Shown here one piece after another: positions 20,010 to 30,737 of a stretch of 64,000 bases of DNA (position 1 is the first letter of the stretch; each line of letters begins with the position of its first letter). The position numbers and the translations under genes are program-made. A model generated the notes under the pieces. The model worked only from the letters and a program-made list of their open reading frames with translations. It was not told the origin of the DNA and ran no database searches. Origin of the DNA: Arenimonas sp. (GTDB taxonomy: Bacteria > Pseudomonadota > Gammaproteobacteria > Xanthomonadales > Xanthomonadaceae); assembly GCA_041913425.1 (NCBI GenBank), contig JAYSFF010000002.1, forward strand, positions 1,565 to 65,564, read 5' to 3'.

Positions 20010-21185
20010 TCAAATCCCCGCGGCGATCCGTGCCATGGCGTTCTTGACCGGCGACAAGCTGTCGGCGAGGCCGAGCAGGTGGCCGCGCACCAGGCTCAGC
20101 GCCATGTGCCCGTTGGAGAACAATCGGTTGATGTTCTCGAACGCGTATGCCGCCACCGCGTTCTCGGAATGGCGGGTGCGCGCCCAGCGTTGCAGCCGGT
20201 GCAGATCGAGCGCATCGCCACGGGCTTTGGCCGCCTGCAAGGCGTCGCGCAGCGACGACACGTCGCGCAGGCCGAGGTTCACGCCCTGGCCGGCCAGCGG
20301 ATGCACGGCGTGCGCGGCGTCGCCGAGCAGCAACACGCGGCCTTTCAGGGTGTCTTCGGCCAAGCGCCGGCGCAGCGGGAACGCCGCCCGCGCCGACAGC
20401 AACCGGGTGGCGCCCAAGGTGCCGGCGAAGGCTGAATCCAGCGCGCGGCAGAATGCCTCCGGCGCCAGCGCCAGCATCTCGTCGGCGCGCGCTTCCGGCA
20501 GGCTCCAGACGATCGAACAACGGCGCTCGCCGAACGGCAGGAAGGCCAATGGTCCGGTGCTCAGGAAACGCTGCCAAGCGGTATGCCGGTGCGGCAGTTC
20601 GGTTTCCAGGAACGCCACCACGCCTTTCTGCCGGTAATCGTGTTCGGACACGCCGATGCCGAGCAATTGCCGCACCTTGGAGGCGGCGCCGTCGGCGCCG
20701 AATGCCACGCGCGCGCTGAATTCCGCGCCGCCGGCCAAGCGGACATGCACGCATTCCAAGCCGTTGTCGAGCGCGGCCAGGCGCTCCGGACAATGGCGGC
20801 GGATGCCCGGCTCGCGGCAGACCGCCTGCCAGAGCACATCCACCAGCAGGTCGTTTTCCACGATATGGCCCAGATGGCCGCGGCCGAGCTCGCCGGCGTG
20901 AAAGCGCAGCGGGCTGGCCTGCACTTCGTCGAATACGGTCATCGCGGCGTACGGGTAGGCGCGCCGGGCGGCGATGTCGGGCCAGAGGCCGAACGACGCC
21001 AGCAGCGCCTCGTTGTCGAGCGCCAGCGCATACACCCGCAGATCCGGCGTTTCGGCATTCCAGGCTTTCAGTTCGTGCGCTTCCACCAACGCTACCTGCA
21101 GGCCCTGGCGCGCGGCCATCAGCGCGGCGGCTAGGCCGACCACGCCGCCGCCGATCACGGCGACATCGACATCGGTGCGTGTCAT
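20010..21185 (-). CDS. UbiH/UbiF/UbiI family ubiquinone biosynthesis hydroxylase (UbiI/VisC-like)
   Basis: GGGVVG, GADG, WQRFLSTGPLAFLP and GDAAHAVHPLAGQGVNLG; ATG 21185 overlaps the upstream stop. Confidence 0.88.
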   Translation of the reverse strand: MTRTDVDVAVIGGGVVGLAAALMAARQGLQVALVEAHELKAWNAETPDLRVYALALDNEALLASFGLWPDIAARRAYPYAAMTVFDEVQASPLRFHAGELGRGHLGHIVENDLLVDVLWQAVCREPGIRRHCPERLAALDNGLECVHVRLAGGAEFSARVAFGADGAASKVRQLLGIGVSEHDYRQKGVVAFLETELPHRHTAWQRFLSTGPLAFLPFGERRCSIVWSLPEARADEMLALAPEAFCRALDSAFAGTLGATRLLSARAAFPLRRRLAEDTLKGRVLLLGDAAHAVHPLAGQGVNLGLRDVSSLRDALQAAKARGDALDLHRLQRWARTRHSENAVAAYAFENINRLFSNGHMALSLVRGHLLGLADSLSPVKNAMARIAAGI

Positions 21186-22384
21186 ACAACGTCCTCGAAT
21201 ATGGTTTGGCCGCGGTAGCCCATGGCGCCGCTGACCAGGCCGGAGGCCAAGCCGGGCGCGGCGCCGAGCAGGGACAGGCCAAGCGAGCGCAACAGATGCA
21301 TCGGCAGGCCGGTATTGGCGGTCAACCGCGCCAGACCGTCGCTGAATGCCAGGGTGCGTTCGCGGTCTTCGCGCCGGCTGTCGGCGTAACGCCGGCCCAG
21401 ATCGGCATCGATGCCGCCCTCGCGCAGCACCTGCACCAGGCTCAGCGCGTCGCGCAGGCCAAGGTTGAAGCCCTGCGCGCCGATCGGGTGGATGGTCTGC
21501 GCGGCGTTGCCCATCAGCAGCAGCGGGCCGGCATGCAGGCGTTCGGCCAATACCCGCACCAACGGATAGCGCGCCCGCGCGCCCGCGGCCAGGAAACGGC
21601 CGGCGCGCCAACCGAAGCGCGATTGCAGATACTCGACATACGCGGCATCCGGCACTGCGGCCACGGCATCGGCCTCCGCCCGGTCGACCGCGCAGATCGA
21701 GCCGTAGCGGCCCTCGGCCATCGGCAATAGGGCTACCGGCCCCTGCGCGCTGAAGCGCTCGTAGGCGGTGCCGTCGGACGCGCGCTCGGCCTGCAGCGAG
21801 CAGACGAACAGGGTTTGACCGTAATCGTGCTCGAGCGTGCCGATGCCGGCGGCTTGGCGCAGGAACGAGCGGGTGCCGTCGGCGGCGACCACGCAGCGGG
21901 CCCGGATGACCGATTCACCGTCCGCAGTGCGCACGCGCAGTTCGGCGCCGGCTGCGTTCGGGGCATACGCCACCACCTCGGCCGGACACAAGCGGCGGAT
22001 GGCCGGCAATTCGGCGACCCGCCGCGCCAGGGCGTGCCCGAGATCCTGGGCCAGCACCACGCCGCCGAAGCCGGCATGGCCGAACTCGGCGGCCTCCAGC
22101 AGGATGCGGCCGAAATCGCCGACCCGGCTGACGTGGATGCGCGCGATGGGCGTCGGCGGCACCGCCAGCTTCGGCAGCACGCCCAAACCCGACAGCGCCT
22201 TCAACGACCGTTGCGCCAAGGCCAGCTTGCGTTGGTCGAACCCGGCCGGCGCCTGCGGCGAGTCAGCGGCCTCGACCAGGACCACCGACAGCCCGCTGCC
22301 GGCCAGGGCACAGGCCAGGCTGGAGCCGACCAGGCCGCCGCCGACGATGGCGATGTCCGGGTTTTCGGGGAGCGGTGTGGCCAC
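21182..22384 (-). CDS. ubiH: 2-octaprenyl-6-methoxyphenol hydroxylase
   Basis: GGGLVG, AYERFSAQGPVALLP and GNAAQTIHPIGAQGFNLGLRD, typical of UbiH; start approximate (GTG 22384). Confidence 0.88.
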   Translation of the reverse strand: MATPLPENPDIAIVGGGLVGSSLACALAGSGLSVVLVEAADSPQAPAGFDQRKLALAQRSLKALSGLGVLPKLAVPPTPIARIHVSRVGDFGRILLEAAEFGHAGFGGVVLAQDLGHALARRVAELPAIRRLCPAEVVAYAPNAAGAELRVRTADGESVIRARCVVAADGTRSFLRQAAGIGTLEHDYGQTLFVCSLQAERASDGTAYERFSAQGPVALLPMAEGRYGSICAVDRAEADAVAAVPDAAYVEYLQSRFGWRAGRFLAAGARARYPLVRVLAERLHAGPLLLMGNAAQTIHPIGAQGFNLGLRDALSLVQVLREGGIDADLGRRYADSRREDRERTLAFSDGLARLTANTGLPMHLLRSLGLSLLGAAPGLASGLVSGAMGYRGQTIFEDVV

Positions 22385-22452
22385 GGGGACTCTCAGGGCG
22401 GAACGGATAAGGTATTCTATTACCGATCGCATTTTCCCGCCTCGAGAACCGC

Positions 22453-23016
22453 ATGAGCAACCGTCCCTTCGCCCTCAACCTCACCGTGCTGGCCGGCATG
22501 ATCCTGGCCGTGGCGCTGACCCGACTGATCCCGCACCCGCCGAACTTCTCGCCGGTCGAGGCCATGGCGCTGTTCGGCGGCGCCTATTTCGCCCGCCGCG
22601 GCCTGGCCGTGCTGGTGCCGCTGGCGGCGCTGTTCGTATCCGACCTGGCGCTGGGCCTGATGATGGGTGGCGAGTATTTCCAGTATTTCGTGTCGGCCGG
22701 TTTCCTGCTGGTGTACGCCACCATCGCCGTGCTGGCGGTGATGGGCTTCGGGCTGCGCGGCCGCGTGTCCGCCGCGCGCGTGGCCGGCTACGGCACGGCC
22801 GGTTCGCTGCTGTTCTTCGCGATCACCAACTTCGGTTCCTGGCTGGGCTCGGCGATGTATCCGCAGACCGCCGCCGGCTTGGCCGCCGCCTACGTGGCCG
22901 GCCTGCCGTTCCTGGGCAACGGCCTGCTCGGCACCCTGTTCTATTCGCTGCTGCTGTTCGGCGGCTATGAGCTGCTGAAGCAGCGCCTGCCGGCCCTGCG
23001 CGCGCAGTCCGCCTGA
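22453..23016 (+). CDS. DUF6580-family putative transporter (S-component-like membrane protein)
   Basis: RLIPHPPNFSP-EAMALFGGAYF, SDL, FFAITNFGSW and YVAGLPF motifs; about 6 TM helices. Confidence 0.72.
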   Translation: MSNRPFALNLTVLAGMILAVALTRLIPHPPNFSPVEAMALFGGAYFARRGLAVLVPLAALFVSDLALGLMMGGEYFQYFVSAGFLLVYATIAVLAVMGFGLRGRVSAARVAGYGTAGSLLFFAITNFGSWLGSAMYPQTAAGLAAAYVAGLPFLGNGLLGTLFYSLLLFGGYELLKQRLPALRAQSA

Positions 23017-23570
23017 TGGGCAACCGGCTGTCCAAGATCTACACCAAGACCGGCGACGACGGCACCACCGGCTTGGGCGACGGCACGCGCGTCTCCAAGG
23101 ATTCCGCGCGCGTCAGCGCCTACGGTACGGTCGACGAAGCCAACTCGGCCATCGGTCTGGTGCTGGCCTGCGAACTGCCCGATGAGGTGCGCGGCCTGTT
23201 GGTCTCAGTGCAGCACCACCTGTTCGATCTGGGCGGCGAATTGTGCATTCCCGGCCACGCCGCCATCTTCGAAGCCGACATCGAGGATCTGGAACGCCAT
23301 CTGGACGCATTCAACGCCGATTTGCCGGCGCTCAAGGACTTCATCCTGCCCGGCGGCGGTCTGGCCGCCAGCCACTGCCATCTGGCGCGCACCATCTGCC
23401 GGCGCGCCGAACGCGAGACGGTCACGCTGTCGCGCCACGACGCCGTGCGGCCGGAAGCGATCCGCTACCTGAACCGCCTGTCCGACCTGCTGTTCGTGTT
23501 GGCGCGCGTGCTGGCCCGCGCCAGCGGCCACGGCGAAGTGCTGTGGCGGCATGACCGCCGCAAGGCCTAA
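23016..23570 (+). CDS. pduO: PduO-type ATP:cob(I)alamin adenosyltransferase
   Basis: [36 protein letters not shown] and [10 protein letters not shown] motifs. Confidence 0.93.
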   Translation: MGNRLSKIYTKTGDDGTTGLGDGTRVSKDSARVSAYGTVDEANSAIGLVLACELPDEVRGLLVSVQHHLFDLGGELCIPGHAAIFEADIEDLERHLDAFNADLPALKDFILPGGGLAASHCHLARTICRRAERETVTLSRHDAVRPEAIRYLNRLSDLLFVLARVLARASGHGEVLWRHDRRKA

Positions 23571-23959
23571 GCCGGACGGAAATCCAGCGCCGCGGAATTG
23601 ATGCAGTAGCGCAGCCCGGTCGGTGGCGGGCCATCGGGGAACACATGGCCCAGATGCGAATCGCAACCGGCGCAGCAGACCTCGATACGGCGCATGCCGT
23701 GCGAAACGTCTTCCTTCAGGCGCAGGCATTGCGCGTCCACCGGCTGGAAATAACTCGGCCAACCGCTGCCGGAATCGAACTTGGCTTCGGAACCGAACAA
23801 CGCGCGTTCGCAGGCCACGCAATGGTAGACACCGGCGGCGTGATGGTCCCAATACTTGCCGGTGAACGGCGGCTCGGTCGCCGAACAGCGGCAGACCGCG
23901 TATTGCTCGGGCGTCAATCGGCGCCGCCAGGCGTCGTCCGGCAAGTCCTCGACGGCCAT
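23567..23959 (-). CDS. msrB: Peptide-methionine (R)-S-oxide reductase
   Basis: [20 protein letters not shown] and RYCINS motifs. Confidence 0.96.
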   Translation of the reverse strand: MAVEDLPDDAWRRRLTPEQYAVCRCSATEPPFTGKYWDHHAAGVYHCVACERALFGSEAKFDSGSGWPSYFQPVDAQCLRLKEDVSHGMRRIEVCCAGCDSHLGHVFPDGPPPTGLRYCINSAALDFRPA

Positions 23960-24012
23960 GGATCTCTCCTGACTTCTGGTTGCTGACGGGGTAAGATAAC
24001 GCATATTTCCCG

Positions 24013-26229
24013 ATGGGGCCCCGCGTGCGCCACAGCCAACTTTTCCTCGCCTGCCTGGCGCTCCTGGCCGCCGGCCGTAGCCACGCCCAGACCGCGGCCG
24101 ACGCCACCGTCTGGCCGCAATGCGCCAACCCCGAAAGCCTGCCGCTATTCCAGCCCCTGGGCGCGGAAACCGGTACCGCGGACGGCGCCACCGAAATCAG
24201 TTCGGAGACCTTCGATATCGGCAAGGTCGGCGAGTCGGTGTTCGAGGGCGGTGTGGAAATGCGCCGCGGCGCGGAATGGCTGGGCACCGGCAGCCTGCGC
24301 TACGACCACGCCACCGGCGGCTACGTCACCGCCGGCGGCGTGCGCTTCCAGAACGCCGGGATGCGGATGACCGCGGAAACCGCGACCGGCAACGACAAGG
24401 CCGGCACCTTGGAAATGGGCGGCCTGCACTACCAGTTCCACGCCGGCAACGGCAACGGCAGCGCGGCCAAGGTCGCGGTGCAGGGCAAAGAAAGCCTGCT
24501 CAGCCAAGCCGACTTCTCGACCTGTCCGGCGAACGACAAACAATGGCAATTCATCGCCGACGAAATCGCCATCGACGAGGGCGCCAGCAAAGGCACCGCG
24601 CGCAACGTGCGCCTGCAGATCGGCAAGGTGCCGGTGTTCTGGCTGCCGGTCATGCGCTTCCCGACCGACAGCGCCCGCGCCAGCGGCGTGCTGGCGCCGC
24701 GGATCGGGCAGGACGGGCTGAACGGCCTCGACCTGTCCTTGCCGGTGTACCTGAACCTGGCGCCCAACTACGACGCGACCCTGACCCCGCGCTATTTCAG
24801 CGAACGCGGCTTCATGCTGGGCAGCGAATTCCGTTACCTGTTCGACCGCAACCAGGGCGAGTTCGACGCCACCTACCTGCCGGGCGACGACATCCGCGGC
24901 GGCGACCGCTACCTGATGTCCTGGCGGCACTTCACCGCGATGAGCGGCGCCTGGCACTTCCGCAGCGAACTGAACCGGGCCAGCGACGAATTCTATTTCT
25001 CCGACTTCGGCGAAACCATCCGCGAAACCTCGACCGCCCTGCTGCAGAGCCAAGCCGGCTTCTACGGCCGCGGCAAATACTGGAACCTGGAGCTGAGCGC
25101 GTCGAACTGGGAGATCGCCAACCCGACCCAACTGCCCGGCTCGGAACCCTACCGCCGGCTGCCGCGACTGGCCTTGCACGGCAGCAAACCGTTGCGGCCC
25201 TGGCTGGAGGCCGGTCTGAGCGCCGAAGCGGTGGCATTCCAGCACGACCAGCTGCAGGACGGACGCCGCCTGGACGTCTCGCCGTTCGTGAAGTTCCCGG
25301 TCAAAGGCGCGTTCTGGTACGCCACGCCCAACGTCAGCTGGCGGCAGACCGAATACTGGATCGACGAGGATCCCGCCGACCCCGGCGCGGCCACGCGCCT
25401 GTCGCGCGGCATGGGCATCGTCAGCCTGGACGCCGGTGCCTATTTCGAACGGCCCGTGGCCTTGGCCGGCGAAGGCTTCATCCAAACATTGGAACCGCGC
25501 CTGTTCTATCTCAACGTGCCGTACCGGGACCAAAGCGCCATCCCCGCCTTCGACACCCAACCGCTGACCTTCATGTGGCCGTCGCTGTTCCGCGAGAACC
25601 GTTACGGCGGCGCCGACCGCCAGGCCGACGCCGACCAGCTGACCCTCGCGCTCACCAGCCGGTTCATGAGCACCGAGACCGGCAAGGAGCGGATGAACTT
25701 CAGCCTCGGGCGGATCACTTATTTCGAAACGCCGAGGGTATACCTGCCCGGCGAGGCGCCGTTGCCGGCCGACGGCTCGGCTTGGGTCGCGGAAGCGAAC
25801 GTGCGCTTGAGCGATGAATGGCAGATCGGTCTGACCCAGCACTGGAACCCGGCCGACCGCAGCACCGAGCTGTCCTCGCTGCGCGGCTACTGGTCGCTGC
25901 CCGGCGGCCTGCAACTCAACGCCGGCTACCGCTACCGGGCCGGGTTCGCGGAACAAACCGACTTCGCCTTTGTCGTACCGGTGGGCGAACGTTGGCGCGT
26001 GCTCGGCCGCTGGGATTACTCCCTGCGCGACGACCGCAACCTGGAGTCGCTGCTGGGACTGGAATGGCGGAGCTGCTGTCTGGCGTTCCGGGTGTTCGGC
26101 CGGAAATACATCCGCAGCTTCGACAGCCGCGAGAACGTGGGCGTGTTCCTGGAGCTCGAGCTGAACGGCCTGGGCCGGATCGGCAGCAAGCCGGAACTGT
26201 TCCGCGATAATGGTATCCTAGCGTATTGA
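24013..26229 (+). CDS. lptD: LPS assembly protein LptD
   Basis: Signal peptide, [23 protein letters not shown]-terminal CC and LELNGLG; first gene of the surA operon. Confidence 0.93.
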   Translation: MGPRVRHSQLFLACLALLAAGRSHAQTAADATVWPQCANPESLPLFQPLGAETGTADGATEISSETFDIGKVGESVFEGGVEMRRGAEWLGTGSLRYDHATGGYVTAGGVRFQNAGMRMTAETATGNDKAGTLEMGGLHYQFHAGNGNGSAAKVAVQGKESLLSQADFSTCPANDKQWQFIADEIAIDEGASKGTARNVRLQIGKVPVFWLPVMRFPTDSARASGVLAPRIGQDGLNGLDLSLPVYLNLAPNYDATLTPRYFSERGFMLGSEFRYLFDRNQGEFDATYLPGDDIRGGDRYLMSWRHFTAMSGAWHFRSELNRASDEFYFSDFGETIRETSTALLQSQAGFYGRGKYWNLELSASNWEIANPTQLPGSEPYRRLPRLALHGSKPLRPWLEAGLSAEAVAFQHDQLQDGRRLDVSPFVKFPVKGAFWYATPNVSWRQTEYWIDEDPADPGAATRLSRGMGIVSLDAGAYFERPVALAGEGFIQTLEPRLFYLNVPYRDQSAIPAFDTQPLTFMWPSLFRENRYGGADRQADADQLTLALTSRFMSTETGKERMNFSLGRITYFETPRVYLPGEAPLPADGSAWVAEANVRLSDEWQIGLTQHWNPADRSTELSSLRGYWSLPGGLQLNAGYRYRAGFAEQTDFAFVVPVGERWRVLGRWDYSLRDDRNLESLLGLEWRSCCLAFRVFGRKYIRSFDSRENVGVFLELELNGLGRIGSKPELFRDNGILAY

Positions 26230-26267
26230 TGCAACACCCCGAATCCCGACCCTTTCCGGAGCGCTCC

Positions 26268-27581
26268 ATGTCCGTCGCACGCAACTCCCTGGCTCTATGC
26301 CTGCTCCTGACCGGCCTGCTTCCCGCCGGCCAAGCCGCCGCCCAGGATGCCGCTCCGGCCACCATGGCCCTCGACAGCATCGCCGCGGTGGTCGACGAGG
26401 ACGTCATCCTGCGCAGCGAGCTCGACCGTGCGGTCGCCAACATCAAGGCCCAGTACGCCGGCCGCCAGGGCCAGCTGCCGCCGGACAACGTGCTGGAGCG
26501 CCAGGTGCTGGAACGCCTGATCCTGCAGCGTCTGCAGGTCAACCGCGCCCGGGAAATCGGCATTCGGGTGTCCGACGCCGAACTGAACCAGGTGATCCAG
26601 AGCATCGCCTCCTCCAACAAGATGACGCCCGAACAGTTCCAACAGCGTCTGGCCCAGGAGGGGCTGGCGTTCGATGACTACCGCAACAACCTGCGTGACG
26701 AGCTGCTGCAGCAGCGCCTGCGCCAAAGCTACGTGCAAAGCCGCGTGCAGGTCAGCGAGAGCGAGATCGAGCAGTTCGTTGCGGCGCAGCAGGCCGCCGG
26801 CCCGGAAGTGCGCCTGGCCAACCTGCTGGTGGCCTTGCCGGAAAGCCCGAGCGCCGAGCAGGTCGCCACCGCCAAGCGCAAGATCGACGGCATCCGCGAG
26901 CTGGTGGCCAAAGGCGAAATGACCTTCCAGGCCGCCGCGATCCGTTATTCCGACGCGCAGAACGCGCTCGACGGCGGTGAAATCGGCTGGCGCGGCTTCG
27001 ATGCCATCCCGCCCCAGTACACCGCCATGATCTCGGCCATGAAGCCGGGTGAGGTTTCGCAGCCGATGCGCGGCCCGAACGGTTATCAGCTGATCCAGCT
27101 GGTCGAGGTCCGCGACGCCGCCGCCGTGGCCGAAGTCACCCAGTACCGCGCCCAAGCCATCCTGATCGACCCGAACAGCGTCGGCGGCAACGAAGTGGCG
27201 CGCCAACGCGCGGAAGAGCTGCGCGCGCGCCTGGCCAAAGGCGAGGACATGACCGCGCTGGCCAAAGAGTTCTCCAGCCCCGACCTGAACGCCGAAACCG
27301 GCGGCATCCTCGATTGGTTCACCCAGAACCAGTGGGGCAGCCAGATCGGCGGCCAGATGACCGCCCTGAAGGACGGCGAAATCTCGCCGGTGGTCGAAAG
27401 CGACGCCGGCTACCTGATCGTCAAGCGCCTGGGCCAGCGCAGCACCGACGCCAACGCCGAGGCCAAACGCCAAAAGGCGCGCGAAACCATCGGCCAGCGC
27501 AAGGCGGAAGAAGAGTACGAGCGCTTCATGCGCCAGCTGCGCTCGGAAGCGTTCGTCGAGTCCCGTCTGCCGCAAGTCTGA
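26268..27581 (+). CDS. surA: Periplasmic chaperone/PPIase SurA
   Basis: IAAVVDEDVILRSEL, two parvulin domains (YSD..ALDGGEIGW), C-terminal LRSEAFVE. Confidence 0.93.
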   Translation: MSVARNSLALCLLLTGLLPAGQAAAQDAAPATMALDSIAAVVDEDVILRSELDRAVANIKAQYAGRQGQLPPDNVLERQVLERLILQRLQVNRAREIGIRVSDAELNQVIQSIASSNKMTPEQFQQRLAQEGLAFDDYRNNLRDELLQQRLRQSYVQSRVQVSESEIEQFVAAQQAAGPEVRLANLLVALPESPSAEQVATAKRKIDGIRELVAKGEMTFQAAAIRYSDAQNALDGGEIGWRGFDAIPPQYTAMISAMKPGEVSQPMRGPNGYQLIQLVEVRDAAAVAEVTQYRAQAILIDPNSVGGNEVARQRAEELRARLAKGEDMTALAKEFSSPDLNAETGGILDWFTQNQWGSQIGGQMTALKDGEISPVVESDAGYLIVKRLGQRSTDANAEAKRQKARETIGQRKAEEEYERFMRQLRSEAFVESRLPQV

Positions 27582-28558
27582 TGGCCAAGCGTCCGCGCCT
27601 GGCCGTCGTCCCGGGCGACCCCGCCGGCATCGGGCCGGAACTCTGCGTCCGGCTCGCGCAGCGCGAACCCGACGCCGAGCTCACCGTGCTGGCCGATCCG
27701 GCCGTGTTGTCGGCCGCGGCCGACGCCATCGGCCTGCCGTTGCGCTGCAAAGCGCCGGGCGAGTCCTGCGGCGTCGGCGAACTCGCCGTCATGCAGATCC
27801 CCGTTCCGCATCCGGTGCGCTTCGGCGCGCTCGAACCGGCCAATTCCGCGACCGTGATTGCCGCCCTGCGGCGCGCCGGCGAAGGTTGCCTGCGCGGCGA
27901 GTTCGACGGCCTGGTGACCGGCCCCGTGCACAAGGCGGCGGTCAACGCCGCCGGCATCGCCTATACCGGCACCACCGAACTGTTGGCCGAGCAGGCCGGC
28001 GCCGAGGTGGTGATGATGTTGGCCAACGAACATCTGCGGGTCGCATTGGCGACCACCCACCTGCCGCTACGCGCCGTCCCCGACGCGGTTACCCCGGCGC
28101 TGCTGGAGCGCGTGCTGCGCATCACCCGCGACGCCCTGCAGGCGCAGTTCGGCATCACCGACCCGGACATCCATGTGCTGGGCCTGAATCCGCACGCCGG
28201 CGAACAGGGCGTACTCGGGCGCGAGGAAATCGAGGTCATCGCGCCGGTACTCGAGCGCCTGCGCGCCGAAGGCTTCCGGCTGCAGGGCCCGTTGCCGGCC
28301 GACACCGCGTTCCTGCCGGCGCGCCTGGCGCAGGCCGACGCGGTGCTGGCCATGTACCACGACCAGGGCCTGCCGGTGCTGAAATACAGCGGTTTCGAAC
28401 AAGCCGTCAACATCACCCTCGGCCTGCCCTACCCGCGCGTGGCGGTTGACCACGGCACCGCGCTGGAGCTGGCCGGCAAAGGCGTCGCCAACGACGGCAG
28501 CCTGCGGCAGGCGGTGCGCCTGTGCCGACGGCTGGCGCAGGGAGGAAACAACGCATGA
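27581..28558 (+). CDS. pdxA: 4-hydroxythreonine-4-phosphate dehydrogenase
   Basis: GDPAGIGPE, GLNPHAGE, MYHDQGL and VDHGTA motifs. Confidence 0.96.
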   Translation: MAKRPRLAVVPGDPAGIGPELCVRLAQREPDAELTVLADPAVLSAAADAIGLPLRCKAPGESCGVGELAVMQIPVPHPVRFGALEPANSATVIAALRRAGEGCLRGEFDGLVTGPVHKAAVNAAGIAYTGTTELLAEQAGAEVVMMLANEHLRVALATTHLPLRAVPDAVTPALLERVLRITRDALQAQFGITDPDIHVLGLNPHAGEQGVLGREEIEVIAPVLERLRAEGFRLQGPLPADTAFLPARLAQADAVLAMYHDQGLPVLKYSGFEQAVNITLGLPYPRVAVDHGTALELAGKGVANDGSLRQAVRLCRRLAQGGNNA

Positions 28559-29346
28559 GCCATTTCAAGGCGCCGCCGAAGAAGAACCTCGGCCAACACT
28601 TCCTGACCGACCGCGGCATCATCGAGCACATCGTGCACGCGGTCGACCCGCGCCCGGGCGACAACCTGGTGGAAATCGGCCCGGGCCAGGGCGCCATCAC
28701 CTTCCCGCTATTGAAGAAGCACGGCAAGCTGACCGTGATCGAATTCGACCGCGACCTGATCACGCCGCTGAGCGAGGCCGCACACGGCGTCGGCGAGCTC
28801 ACCATCGTGCACAAGGACGTGTTGCAGGTCGATTTCGACAAGTTGGCCGGCGAGGGCCGCATCCGTCTGGTCGGCAACCTGCCCTACAACATCTCCACGC
28901 CGATCCTGTTCCATGTGCTCGAGCACTGCCTGCACGTGCGCGACATGCATTTCATGCTGCAGAAGGAAGTGGTCGACCGCATGGCCGCCGCCCCGGGCAG
29001 CAAGGTGTACGGCCGCCTCAGCGTAATGCTGCAGGCGGTGTGCGAGGTGACGCCGCTGTTCGACGTGCCGCCGCAGAGCTTCAATCCGCCGCCGAAAGTG
29101 GACTCGGCGGTGGTGCGCCTGGTGCCGCGCGACCCGGCCGGCATCGGCATCCGCGACCACGCCCTGTTCGAGGCGGTGGTGCGCGACGCCTTCGCCCAGC
29201 GCCGCAAGACCCTGCGCAACGCGCTCGGCAAACTGTGCACGGCCGAGCAGCTGCAGGCGGTCGGCATCAAGCCGGAAATCCGCGCCGAACAGCTGCCGGT
29301 CGCGGACTTCATCCGCCTGACCAATCATCTGGCCGCCGGCGGCTGA
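28555..29346 (+). CDS. rsmA: 16S rRNA m6,2A dimethyltransferase
   Basis: GQHFL, EIGPGQG, GNLPYNIST, YGRLSV and QRRKTLRN motifs. Confidence 0.97.
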   Translation: MSHFKAPPKKNLGQHFLTDRGIIEHIVHAVDPRPGDNLVEIGPGQGAITFPLLKKHGKLTVIEFDRDLITPLSEAAHGVGELTIVHKDVLQVDFDKLAGEGRIRLVGNLPYNISTPILFHVLEHCLHVRDMHFMLQKEVVDRMAAAPGSKVYGRLSVMLQAVCEVTPLFDVPPQSFNPPPKVDSAVVRLVPRDPAGIGIRDHALFEAVVRDAFAQRRKTLRNALGKLCTAEQLQAVGIKPEIRAEQLPVADFIRLTNHLAAGG

Positions 29347-29381
29347 ACGCCCGGGCCCGAGCCCGCCGGGGGACGGCGCGC

Positions 29382-29387
29382 TATAAT
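29382..29387 (+). promoter_or_regulatory. Consensus -10 hexamer upstream of apaH
   Basis: TATAAT about 30 nt before the apaH ATG in a GC-rich intergenic region. Confidence 0.4.
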
Positions 29388-29416
29388 GGCCGGGACTGGA
29401 ATTTTGGAACACCCCC

Positions 29417-30256
29417 ATGACGACGTATGCCATCGGCGACCTGCAGGGTTGCTATGACGTGCTCGCGCGCCTGCTCGAACATATCCGCTTCGATCCGTCC
29501 CGGGACCATCTGTGGTTCTGCGGCGATCTGGTCAACCGCGGCGGGCAGTCGCTGGAGACCCTGAAGCTGGTGCATTCCCTGCGCGAGCGCAGCACCGTGG
29601 TGCTCGGCAACCACGACATGTCGCTGCTGGCCATCGCGCACCGCAGCGAGGCCGACCAGCACAAGGTCAACCCTGACCTGCACCGCGTGCTGTTCGCGCC
29701 CGAGCGCGACGAACTGATCGGCTGGCTCAAGCACCAGAAGCTGCTGCACGTCGACGAATCGCTGGGCTTCGCCATGGTGCACGCCGGGCTGTCGCCGAAA
29801 TGGACGCTGAAGATGGCGCAGGCGCGCGCCGCCGAAGTCGAGCGCATCCTGCAGGGCGAACAGGCCGGCCGCTACCTGAAGGCGATGTACGGCAACCAGC
29901 CGGGCTGGTCGCCCAAGCTCGGCGGCACCGACCGTTTCCGCGCCATCGTCAACATCTTCACCCGCATGCGCTACTGCACCCCGAACGGCCGCATCGGCTT
30001 CGAGGAAAAGGGCCGGCCCGGCACCCAGCAGCCGGGCTTCTATCCGTGGTTCTCGGTGCCCGGCCATGCGCCGCGCGAACTGCCGATCGTCTGCGGGCAC
30101 TGGTCCACGCTCGGTCTGTTCATGGGCCTGGGCGTCTACGCCATCGATACCGGCGCGATCTGGGGCGGCACGCTGACCGCGCTGGAGCTGGGGCCGGAGC
30201 CGCGCGTGCATGCCGTGCCCGGCCGCAGCGGCGCCGGCGCGCGCGTCAAGGACTGA
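29417..30256 (+). CDS. apaH: Symmetrical bis(5'-nucleosyl)-tetraphosphatase
   Basis: GDLQGC, GDLVNRG, LGNHD, GHWS and DTG motifs. Confidence 0.96.
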   Translation: MTTYAIGDLQGCYDVLARLLEHIRFDPSRDHLWFCGDLVNRGGQSLETLKLVHSLRERSTVVLGNHDMSLLAIAHRSEADQHKVNPDLHRVLFAPERDELIGWLKHQKLLHVDESLGFAMVHAGLSPKWTLKMAQARAAEVERILQGEQAGRYLKAMYGNQPGWSPKLGGTDRFRAIVNIFTRMRYCTPNGRIGFEEKGRPGTQQPGFYPWFSVPGHAPRELPIVCGHWSTLGLFMGLGVYAIDTGAIWGGTLTALELGPEPRVHAVPGRSGAGARVKD

Positions 30257-30737
30257 CGCGGCGGTAATCGCTGAAACGGAACGCGAACGGATGCCGTTCG
30301 TCGGCCGGATGCGGTTCACAGGCGGTTTCCCGCCACCGGCCGGCATCGAAGGCCGGAAACCAGGCGTCGGCCTGCGCCAGCTCGGTATCCACGTGCGTCA
30401 GGTGCATGGCATCGGCCAACGGCAGCGCCAAGGCGTAGATTTCGCCGCCGCCGATCACCATCAATTCCTCCGCACCGGCCAGCGCCATCGCCTGCTCCAG
30501 CGATGCGACCGCCTGCATGCCATCGAACGGCACGCCGCCGTTGCGCGTCAATACCAGATTGCGGCGTTCGGGCAAGGCCCGGCCCAGCGATTCGGCGGTC
30601 TTGCGCCCCATCAGCACGGTCTTGCCGCGGGTCAGCGCCTTGAAGCGCTTCAGGTCGTCGGGCAGATGCCAGGGCAGGCGGTTGCCGAAGCCGATCGCAT
30701 GCCGCCGGTCGAGCGCGGCGATCAGCGTCAGGCTCAC
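30246..30737 (-). CDS. folA: Dihydrofolate reductase
   Basis: [18 protein letters not shown] and IGGGEIY motifs. Confidence 0.96.
   Translation of the reverse strand: MSLTLIAALDRRHAIGFGNRLPWHLPDDLKRFKALTRGKTVLMGRKTAESLGRALPERRNLVLTRNGGVPFDGMQAVASLEQAMALAGAEELMVIGGGEIYALALPLADAMHLTHVDTELAQADAWFPAFDAGRWRETACEPHPADERHPFAFRFSDYRRVSP

Noticed and set aside
22385-22452. Cobalamin riboswitch upstream of DUF6580-pduO
   Set aside because: The gap is too short and shows no B12 box.
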